Part shown: piece by piece, positions 27,391-34,209 of the stretch
Position numbering within the stretch: the first letter of the stretch is position 1
Layout: each line of letters begins with the position of its first letter
IMG/VR virus record: IMGVR_UViG_2648501321_000004
Source of the DNA: a virus
Lineage: Duplodnaviria; Heunggongvirae; Uroviricota; Caudoviricetes
Direction: 5' to 3' (one strand)
DNA: 34,209 nt
The notes under the pieces: generated by a model
What the model was told of the DNA's origin: nothing
Seen by the model: the letters and a program-made list of their open reading frames with translations, nothing else
The model's database searches: none
Program-made: the position numbers and the translations under genes

Positions 27391-28083
27391 ATGAACATAG
27401 GAAACCGAGTCAGACAACTTCGCCAGGCGAAGAACATGAAAATCGCCGATCTCGCTGAAGCAATAGGAGTGGATGCGGCGAATATCTCACGCCTGGAAAC
27501 AGGTAAGCAGAAACAATTCACTGAACAAGCCCTGAGTAATATTGCCAGGAGCTTAGGTGTTGATATTGCTGATCTCTTTACCTCAGACGTCAAAAGTAAT
27601 ACTGTATGTAAAAACAGTATTAGTGAGGATGTTGCGCAGGTGAAGGATGTATTCCGTATTGAAATGCTGGATGTCAGTGCCAGTGCGGGAAATGGCCTTA
27701 TCCAGGGCGGTGATGTCATTGATGTGATTCATGCCATTGAATACAGAACTGATAATGCTGTATCGATGTTTGGCGGACGGCCAGCCAATCACATTAAAGT
27801 TATCAACGTTCGTGGGGACAGTATGTGTCCAACCATTGAGCCAGGAGATCTCATCTTCGTTGATGTCAGTATCAATCAGTTTGATGGAGATGGTATCTAT
27901 GTATTTGGTTTTGATGATAAAATTTATGTCAAACGACTGCAAATGATACCTGACAAACTACTGGTGATTTCTGATAACCAGATTTACCGTGAATGGGGAA
28001 TTACCAGCGAAAATGAACACCGGTTTATGGTCTTTGGAAAGGTCTTAATCAGCCAGTCACAAACCCTTAAGCGACACAATTAA
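27391..28083 (+). CDS. cI: CI-type prophage repressor (HTH plus S24 LexA-like peptidase domain)
   Basis: N-terminal HTH (MKIADLAEAIGVDAANISRLETGKQ) and C-terminal autocleavage domain with GDSM serine motif and VKR lysine motif. Confidence 0.9.
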   Translation: MNIGNRVRQLRQAKNMKIADLAEAIGVDAANISRLETGKQKQFTEQALSNIARSLGVDIADLFTSDVKSNTVCKNSISEDVAQVKDVFRIEMLDVSASAGNGLIQGGDVIDVIHAIEYRTDNAVSMFGGRPANHIKVINVRGDSMCPTIEPGDLIFVDVSINQFDGDGIYVFGFDDKIYVKRLQMIPDKLLVISDNQIYREWGITSENEHRFMVFGKVLISQSQTLKRHN

Positions 28084-28103
28084 CCCTTACCTCCTCATCA
28101 ATT

Positions 28104-28127
28104 AGCCACCCAAAGGTGGCTTTTCAT
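28104..28127 (+). terminator. Rho-independent terminator after cI
   Basis: AGCCACC-CAAA-GGTGGCT hairpin followed by TTTTC. Confidence 0.6.
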
Positions 28128-28135
28128 TACCCTTT

Positions 28136-28200
28136 AAATTGCATATCTCGCAACAAAAACACTTGCATAATACGCAACTTCATTTTATCTTTCTTTCCAG
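28136..28200 (+). promoter_or_regulatory. Candidate OL/pL region
   Basis: Two 15-bp sites TTGCATATCTCGCAA and TTGCATAATACGCAA resembling the OR half-sites; possible -35 TTGCAT and -10 TATCTT. Confidence 0.35.
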
Positions 28201-28602
28201 ACAAACAAACAAGGTACTAACAAAATTTGGTTGTAACACGGCGTATGGCACATGCGTCGTTAGCGGTCTGGGGACGTTAAAGGGGACAATCCACTCCTTG
28301 CTCGGGCAAACAAACCAGGTAGCCGGAATGTGCAAGTCAATGATGATGCTGATAAGACGCCTAACCAGCGTGGCGATTCGGTTTGACGCCTGGGAAGAGA
28401 CCAGGGTGCAACGATGAGGGCATTTATGGAGCCGCGACAAAGTGTGGTGCCGTAACTGGCTAAGTGCTCTCAGCGTTGTGGTAATCCGCGAAATGGCGCG
28501 GCGGTAAGTATGGCGGGGTTACTATTTCCCCGTTGAGGACACCGGATTGTCAGGTTGACCATACGCCTGAGTGACAACCCCACCACAACAGCCACTGCTT
28601 TG

Positions 28603-28648
28603 GCGGTACCAGTTTGTACCCTTGCTTCCGGCTGGTACCGCTCTTTTT
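28603..28648 (+). terminator. Strong hairpin plus T-run inside the non-coding leader upstream of the early-left operon
   Basis: Perfect 10-bp stem GCGGTACCAG/CTGGTACCGC with a 19-nt loop followed by TCTTTTT; overlaps a boxA-like CGCTCTTTTTAC. Confidence 0.5.
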
Positions 28649-28785
28649 ACAAAACAGAGAAAAGCATCACCGGACGACGGGCTCATAACCCAATCCATCC
28701 GGGCGGCAGTCACCGCAGGTGTTCTTCTCTGTTTTGTGGAGAAACCAACCGACCTTGCAGGGTCGATATGATGAGGAGCAGCAAA

Positions 28786-29148
28786 ATGGCTAGCGAACGC
28801 AGTACTGATGTGCAGGCATTTATCGGGGAGCTGGACGGCGGCGTATTTGAAACCAAAATCGGCGCAGTTCTCAGTGAAGTCGCTTCAGGTGTGATGAACA
28901 CGAAAACCAAAGGTAAGGTCTCACTCAACCTGGAAATCGAACCATTTGATGAGAACCGTGTGAAAATCAAACACAAACTCTCATATGTTCGCCCGACTAA
29001 CCGCGGGAAAATTTCCGAAGAAGACACCACCGAAACGCCGATGTATGTCAATCGCGGTGGTCGCCTGACTATTCTGCAGGAAGACCAGGGACAATTACTG
29101 ACTCTTGCCGGTGAACCTGACGGAAAACTCCGCGCAGCAGGTCATTAA
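28786..29148 (+). CDS. yfdP: YfdP-like hypothetical protein (120 aa)
   Basis: ATG at 28786 with AGGAG upstream; first of five co-oriented genes whose lengths (120, 274, 178, 120, 101 aa) match the CPS-53 yfdP-yfdT series as recalled. Confidence 0.55.
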   Translation: MASERSTDVQAFIGELDGGVFETKIGAVLSEVASGVMNTKTKGKVSLNLEIEPFDENRVKIKHKLSYVRPTNRGKISEEDTTETPMYVNRGGRLTILQEDQGQLLTLAGEPDGKLRAAGH

Positions 29149-29213
29149 TATCGTTCTTAATTAACCGATTATTTATCTCATCACTGAATATCTTTATATA
29201 GTGAGGACTTATT

Positions 29214-30038
29214 ATGTCTCAGAACTTAGACGCAACCGCAATTAATCAAATCCATGCCCTTATTTCTGCTCAGGGTGTTAATGAAATTATCAGTAAGATT
29301 GGTGCCGATGCTGTGGCATTGCCTGAGAATTTCCGCATTCATGATCTGGAAAAATTTAATTTAAATCGCTTCCGTTTCCGTGGTGCGCTTTCCACTGCCA
29401 GCATCGATGACTTTACCCGTTATTCTAAAGATCTTGCAGATGAAGGCACCCGCTGCTTTATCGATGCCGATAATATGCGAGCAGTCAGTGTGCTTAACCT
29501 GGGTACTATTGATGAACCAGGTCACGCAGATAACACCGCCACTCTCAAACTGAAAAAGACAGCACCGTTCTCTGCCCTGTTGTCTGTTAACAGCGAGCGT
29601 AACTCCCAGAAGTCACTGGCAGAATGGATTGAAGACTGGGCCGACTACCTTGTGGGCTTTGATGCTAATGGTGACGCTATTCAGGCAACAAAAGCGGCTG
29701 CGGCGGTCCGTAAAATCACGATTGAAGCAAACCAGACCGCTGATTTTGAAGATAATGACTTCAGCGGCAAACGCTCCCTGATGGAGTCTGTCGAAGCGAA
29801 GACCAAAGATATTATGCCAGTGGCATTTGAATTTAAATGCGTTCCGTTTGAAGGTCTGAAAGAACGTCCATTTAAATTACGCCTCAGCATTATCACTGGC
29901 GATCGTCCGGTACTGGTTCTGCGCATTATTCAGCTGGAAGCGGTGCAGGAAGATATGGCTAACGAATTTCGTGATCTGTTTGTTGAGAAATTCAAAGACA
30001 GCAAAGTAGAAACCTTTATTGGTACTTTCACCGCCTGA
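29214..30038 (+). CDS. yfdQ: YfdQ-like protein (DUF2303 family, 274 aa)
   Basis: 274-aa ORF with GAGGA Shine-Dalgarno; size and neighbourhood match YfdQ. Confidence 0.65.
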   Translation: MSQNLDATAINQIHALISAQGVNEIISKIGADAVALPENFRIHDLEKFNLNRFRFRGALSTASIDDFTRYSKDLADEGTRCFIDADNMRAVSVLNLGTIDEPGHADNTATLKLKKTAPFSALLSVNSERNSQKSLAEWIEDWADYLVGFDANGDAIQATKAAAAVRKITIEANQTADFEDNDFSGKRSLMESVEAKTKDIMPVAFEFKCVPFEGLKERPFKLRLSIITGDRPVLVLRIIQLEAVQEDMANEFRDLFVEKFKDSKVETFIGTFTA

Positions 30039-30166
30039 TTTCATTACTGCAAATGCCCCTGCGGGGGCATTTATGGAAACGTAATTGACTCAATAATCGC
30101 CGGATGGTGCGGGATTCCTTTTACCCGAATTCAGCGCGGTGCAGCGCATATAAAGTGGAGAACGAA

Positions 30167-30703
30167 ATGTCATTTATTAAAACTTTTTCCGGGAAGCATT
30201 TTTATTATGACAAGATAAATAAAGACGACATCGTTATTAACGATATCGCGGTTTCCCTTTCAAATATCTGTCGCTTTGCAGGACATCTTTCACACTTCTA
30301 CAGCGTCGCCCAACATGCGGTTCTTTGCAGCCAGCTGGTGCCGCATGAATTTGCTTTTGAAGCGTTAATGCATGATGCAACAGAAGCGTATTGCCAGGAC
30401 ATTCCCGCACCACTGAAACGACTTCTTCCTGACTATAAACGGATGGAAGAAAAAATAGACGCCGTAATCCGTGAGAAATACGGGTTACCTCCTGTTATGA
30501 GCACGCCAGTGAAATATGCCGATCTCATTATGCTGGCAACCGAACGCCGCGATCTCGGGCTTGATGATGGCTCTTTCTGGCCTGTGCTGGAAGGTATCCC
30601 GGCAACAGAGATGTTCAACGTGATTCCACTGGCTCCAGGCCATGCCTACGGGATGTTTATGGAACGCTTTAACGAATTATCGGAGTTACGCAAATGCGCA
30701 TGA
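30167..30703 (+). CDS. yfdR: HD-domain phosphohydrolase (YfdR-like 5-prime-deoxynucleotidase, 178 aa)
   Basis: HD-domain residues visible (VAQHAV..., ALMHDATEAYCQD); GTGGAG Shine-Dalgarno 6 nt before the ATG at 30167. Confidence 0.7.
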   Translation: MSFIKTFSGKHFYYDKINKDDIVINDIAVSLSNICRFAGHLSHFYSVAQHAVLCSQLVPHEFAFEALMHDATEAYCQDIPAPLKRLLPDYKRMEEKIDAVIREKYGLPPVMSTPVKYADLIMLATERRDLGLDDGSFWPVLEGIPATEMFNVIPLAPGHAYGMFMERFNELSELRKCA

Positions 30704-31056
30704 ATGTTTTCGAAATGGAAGGGTTTCTTCGTGGGAGATGTGTACCGCGAGATCTGAAAGTGAATGAAACGGATGCTGAATACCTGGTGCGTAAATTCGA
30801 TGCGCTTGAAGCTAAATGTGCAGCACAGGAAAACAAAGTAATACCAGTGTCAACTGAACTGCCACCAGCAAATGAAAGTGTTTTGTTATTCGATGCTAAC
30901 GGAGAAGGCTGGCTAATTGGCTGGCGTTCTCTCTGGTACACCTGGGGACAAAAAGAAACCGGAGAATGGCAGTGGACATTTCAGGTCGGGGACCTTGAAA
31001 ACGTCAATATCACTCACTGGGCAGTAATGCCAAAAGCACCGGAGGCTGGAGCATAA
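30694..31056 (+). CDS. yfdS: YfdS-like hypothetical protein (120 aa)
   Basis: Overlaps the yfdR stop by 10 nt; GGAG Shine-Dalgarno. Confidence 0.55.
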   Translation: MRMNVFEMEGFLRGRCVPRDLKVNETDAEYLVRKFDALEAKCAAQENKVIPVSTELPPANESVLLFDANGEGWLIGWRSLWYTWGQKETGEWQWTFQVGDLENVNITHWAVMPKAPEAGA

Positions 31057-31361
31057 TGACCACTTTTACCGACAAAGAACTGATTAAAGAAATTAAAGAA
31101 CGTATCAGCAGCCTTGACGTGCGAGACGATATTGAGCGCCGTGCTTATGAAATCGCACTCCTATCTCTGGAAGTAGAACCAGATGAACGCGAAGCTTATG
31201 AATTATTCATGGAAAAGCGTTTTGGTGACTTAGTAGATCGTCGGAGAGCAAAAAACGGCGATAACGAATACATGGCATGGGATATGACTCTCGGTTGGAT
31301 CGTCTGGCAGCAACGAGCTGGTATCCATTTCTCAACAATGTCACAGCAAGAGGTGAAATAA
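31056..31361 (+). CDS. yfdT: YfdT-like hypothetical protein (101 aa)
   Basis: Start overlaps the yfdS stop (TAATG); GGAG upstream. Confidence 0.55.
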   Translation: MTTFTDKELIKEIKERISSLDVRDDIERRAYEIALLSLEVEPDEREAYELFMEKRFGDLVDRRRAKNGDNEYMAWDMTLGWIVWQQRAGIHFSTMSQQEVK

Positions 31362-31711
31362 TGGAGCCATACAGCCTCACACTCGATGAGGCCTGTCATT
31401 TTCTCAAGATATCCAGACCGACTGCCATTAACTGGATACGCACAGGGCGTCTTCAGGCAACACGCAAAGATCCCACTAAGAATAAATCTCCTTACCTCAC
31501 AACACGACAAGCCTGCATTGCGGCTCTTCAGTCTCCGCTGCATACTGTCCAGGTGAGCGCGGGTGATGGCATAACAGAGGAAAGAAAATGTCACTCTTCC
31601 GCAGAGGTGAAATATGGTACGCCAGTTTCACATTGCCGAACGGTAAAAGATTTAAACAGTCTCTTGGAACAAAGGACAAAAGGCAGGCGACAGAACTCCA
31701 TGACAAGCTAA
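31361..31711 (+). CDS. xis: Excisionase (P22 Xis-like, 116 aa)
   Basis: 116-aa ORF ([31 protein letters not shown]...) immediately upstream of and overlapping int; start overlaps the yfdT stop (TAATG). Confidence 0.65.
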   Translation: MEPYSLTLDEACHFLKISRPTAINWIRTGRLQATRKDPTKNKSPYLTTRQACIAALQSPLHTVQVSAGDGITEERKCHSSAEVKYGTPVSHCRTVKDLNSLLEQRTKGRRQNSMTS

Positions 31712-32751
31712 AGGCTGAAGCATGGCGGGTCAGCAAACTTGGTGAAATACCTGATATAACGTTCGAGGAAGCGTGTGTCAGGTGGCTTGAAGAGAAAGCA
31801 CATAAAAAATCACTGGACGATGACAAAAGCCGGATCGGATTCTGGCTTCAACATTTCGCAGGAATGCAACTAAGAGACATTACTGAATCAAAAATTTATT
31901 CAGCAATGCAGAAAATGACGAACCGGCGTCATGAGGAAAACTGGAAACTCAGGGCAGAAGCATGCAGAAAAAAAGGGAAACCTGTTCCAGAATACACGCC
32001 AAAACCAGCGTCCGTTGCAACGAAGGCTACGCATCTTTCATTTATAAAGGCCCTACTAAGAGCCGCAGAGCGTGAATGGAAAATGCTGGATAAGGCACCA
32101 ATTATTAAAGTGCCTCAACCAAAGAATAAACGGATCCGCTGGCTGGAGCCCCATGAAGCACAAAGGCTGATTGATGAATGTCCGGAGCCATTAAAGTCTG
32201 TTGTTGAATTTGCACTGGCAACAGGCTTAAGACGCTCGAACATCATCAACCTTGAATGGCAACAAATAGATATGCAGCGCCGGGTGGCATGGATAAACCC
32301 GGAAGAGAGTAAATCAAACCGCGCAATCGGCGTTGCGCTGAATGATACTGCATGTCGCGTTTTGAAAAAACAAATCGGGAATCATCACCGTTGGGTATTT
32401 GTGTACAAGGAAAGCTGTACCAAACCAGACGGAACGAAAGCGCCAACAGTAAGGAAGATGCGGTATGACGCAAACACAGCCTGGAAAGCGGCGCTGAGAC
32501 GGGCTGGTATTGATGATTTCAGATTTCACGACTTGAGACACACCTGGGCAAGTTGGCTGGTTCAAGCCGGAGTCCCGTTGTCAGTGTTACAGGAAATGGG
32601 AGGCTGGGAGTCTATCGAAATGGTTCGTCGATATGCTCACCTTGCACCTAATCACCTTACCGAACACGCACGGCAAATAGACTCGATCCTGAACCCATCG
32701 GTCCCAAATTTGTCCCAGTCAAAAAATAAGGAAGGTACTAATGATGTGTAA
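31588..32751 (+). CDS. int: Tyrosine integrase (P22 Int type)
   Basis: 387 aa with catalytic-region motifs ([15 protein letters not shown]..., EMVRRYAHL); ends 14 nt from the tRNA. Confidence 0.9.
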   Translation: MSLFRRGEIWYASFTLPNGKRFKQSLGTKDKRQATELHDKLKAEAWRVSKLGEIPDITFEEACVRWLEEKAHKKSLDDDKSRIGFWLQHFAGMQLRDITESKIYSAMQKMTNRRHEENWKLRAEACRKKGKPVPEYTPKPASVATKATHLSFIKALLRAAEREWKMLDKAPIIKVPQPKNKRIRWLEPHEAQRLIDECPEPLKSVVEFALATGLRRSNIINLEWQQIDMQRRVAWINPEESKSNRAIGVALNDTACRVLKKQIGNHHRWVFVYKESCTKPDGTKAPTVRKMRYDANTAWKAALRRAGIDDFRFHDLRHTWASWLVQAGVPLSVLQEMGGWESIEMVRRYAHLAPNHLTEHARQIDSILNPSVPNLSQSKNKEGTNDV

Positions 32752-32765
32752 CTTATTGATTTAAA

Positions 32766-32841
32766 TGGTGCCGATAATAGGAGTCGAACCTACGACCTTC
32801 GCATTACGAATGCGCTGCTCTACCAACTGAGCTATATCGGC
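32766..32841 (-). tRNA. thrW: tRNA-Thr (anticodon CGU), thrW-like; prophage attachment site
   Basis: Minus strand reads GCCGATATAGCTCAGTTGGTAGAGCAGCGCATTCGTAATGCGAAGGTCGTAGGTTCGACTCCTATTATCGGCACCA: 76 nt cloverleaf with CGT anticodon, GTTCGA T-loop and CCA end. Confidence 0.9.
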
Positions 32842-32955
32842 CCTGAAAGGACATGTTCACGAACGTGAATCACGGTGGACAAGGTTAAAACTAACCGGGC
32901 GATGCGTCAATGGCCTTGTGAATCAAATGGCTACTTTTGCATCACCCGGTTTTAT

Positions 32956-34209
32956 TTACGCACGAATGGTGTAATCACCAATGCCGATCCACTTGTAAGT
33001 GGTCAGTGCTTCCAGCCCCATTGGGCCACGCGCGTGGAGTTTTTGTGTGCTTACCGCCACTTCCGCACCCAGACCAAACTGGCCGCCGTCGGTAAAACGC
33101 GTAGAGGCGTTAACGTAAACAGCGGACGAATCCACTTCGTTAACAAAACGCTGGGCGTTGCGCATATCGCGGGTCAGGATCGCATCGGAGTGTTGTGTGC
33201 CGTGTTCACGAATATGGGCGATGGCATCGTCAAGATCGCTGACGATTTTGACGTTCAAATCTAATGACAGAAACTCATCGTCATACTCTTCGGCTTTAAC
33301 AGCAACCACCTTCGCAGGGCCTGCCTGCAACTGCGCCAGTGCAGCTGCATCTGCGTGTAATGTCACGCCGCTTTCCGCCATTTGTTTGCTTAATGCGGGC
33401 AGGAAGCTATCGGCGATGTTTTTATTCACCAGCAACGTTTCAACCGTATTACATGTGCTCGGACGCTGAGTTTTCGCGTTGACGATCACTTTTAATGCTT
33501 CAGCGATCTCTACACTTTCATCAACGTAAATATGGCATACGCCTATACCACCTGTGATCACCGGGATTGTCGACTGTTCACGGCACAGTTTATGCAAACC
33601 AGCGCCACCACGCGGGATCAGCATGTCGATGTATTTATCCATACGCAGCATTTCACTGACCAGCGCACGGTCAGGATTATCAATCGCCTGCACGGCACCC
33701 GCCGGTAAGCCGCAGGATTTCAGGGCGTCCTGAATCACCGCCACCGTTGCAGCGTTAGTGCGACACGTTTCTTTGCCACCGCGCAGGATCACCGCATTAC
33801 CGGTTTTCAGGCACAGCGAAGCGACATCAACCGTCACGTTCGGGCGCGCTTCATAAATCACGCCAATAACCCCCAGCGGTACGCGACGACGCTCAAGACG
33901 CAGGCCGCTGTCCAGTACGCTGCCATCGATTACCTGCCCCACCGGATCGGCGAGGTTACACACCTGGCGCACATCATCGGCAATGCCTTTCAGCCGTGCG
34001 GGCGTCAGTGCCAGACGGTCAAGCATCGCTTCGCCAAGGCCATTGGCACGCGCGTCAGCAACATCCTGGGCGTTAGCGTTGAGGATGATTTCGCTTTGTG
34101 CTTCCAGTTCATCGGCGATTTTTTCCAGCACGCGATTTTTTTCGCGGCTGGAGAGTTGCGCTAATTTATACGAGGCTTGCTTCGCGGCAATGCCCATTTG
34201 TTCCAGCAT
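32956..34209 (-). CDS. proA: Gamma-glutamyl phosphate reductase ProA (host gene)
   Basis: 417-aa [41 protein letters not shown]..., matching enterobacterial ProA; the start codon is at the window edge. Confidence 0.95.
   Translation of the reverse strand: MLEQMGIAAKQASYKLAQLSSREKNRVLEKIADELEAQSEIILNANAQDVADARANGLGEAMLDRLALTPARLKGIADDVRQVCNLADPVGQVIDGSVLDSGLRLERRRVPLGVIGVIYEARPNVTVDVASLCLKTGNAVILRGGKETCRTNAATVAVIQDALKSCGLPAGAVQAIDNPDRALVSEMLRMDKYIDMLIPRGGAGLHKLCREQSTIPVITGGIGVCHIYVDESVEIAEALKVIVNAKTQRPSTCNTVETLLVNKNIADSFLPALSKQMAESGVTLHADAAALAQLQAGPAKVVAVKAEEYDDEFLSLDLNVKIVSDLDDAIAHIREHGTQHSDAILTRDMRNAQRFVNEVDSSAVYVNASTRFTDGGQFGLGAEVAVSTQKLHARGPMGLEALTTYKWIGIGDYTIRA

Larger units (their letters stand above)
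1..32765. mobile_element. Mosaic lambdoid prophage (lambda-like virion genes, phage-21-like lysis, P22-type int/xis) inserted at tRNA-Thr; left end lies beyond the window
   Basis: Contiguous phage gene order from cos through tail genes on the minus strand, immunity region, and integrase abutting an intact tRNA followed by host proA. Confidence 0.85.

Noticed and set aside
28139-28440. ORFs 28139..28417 (+) and 28180..28440 (-) left of cI
   Set aside because: They start inside the OL-like operator repeats, lack ribosome-binding sites and have implausible composition; the region is better treated as non-coding regulatory or RNA sequence.
32842-32955. Inverted repeat AACCGGG...CCCGGTT between thrW and proA as a possible second att copy or mobile-element end
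   Set aside because: It lies on the host side of the tRNA, downstream of proA, and is more simply a host terminator or REP-like structure.
1-34209. CRISPR arrays, insertion sequences or transposase genes
   Set aside because: No regularly spaced direct repeats with unique spacers and no transposase-like ORFs or terminal inverted repeats were seen; the only repeat array is the 15-bp iteron set inside the replication gene.

Overview
The window is almost entirely one mosaic lambdoid prophage (about 1..32765) integrated at tRNA-Thr (thrW-like, 32766..32841) next to host proA (32956..34209), with the left edge cutting through tail gene J. Late genes run on the minus strand: a lambda-like cos/Nu1/A/W/portal/ClpP-capsid fusion/Z/U/V/G-T/H/M/L/K/I/J virion module and a phage-21-type lysis cassette (pinholin S, SAR endolysin R, Rz with embedded Rz1). 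The early-right operon is also minus-strand (cro, CII-like, iteron-bearing replication gene, PerC-like regulator, Dam-like methylase, LexA-domain protein, RusA, KilA-N, DUF968, Q); cI, a YfdP/Q/R/S/T-like accessory operon and P22-type xis/int are plus-strand. The main candidate for an undescribed system is a very AT-rich two-gene cassette at 19685..21146, inserted between Q and the late operon in the opposite orientation: a 308-aa soluble protein translationally coupled to a 182-aa four-helix membrane protein, an architecture like RexAB or Kiwa but with no family I can recognise. Secondary leads are two small plus-strand genes between Rz and cos, a roughly 650-bp structured non-coding region left of cI where an N gene would be expected, two orphan methyltransferases, and an apparently frameshifted small gene at 26128..26486. 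All calls are from reading the supplied ORF translations and sequence by eye; no database search was run, and the track translates GTG/TTG starts as M, so several starts were moved to a downstream ATG with a Shine-Dalgarno.
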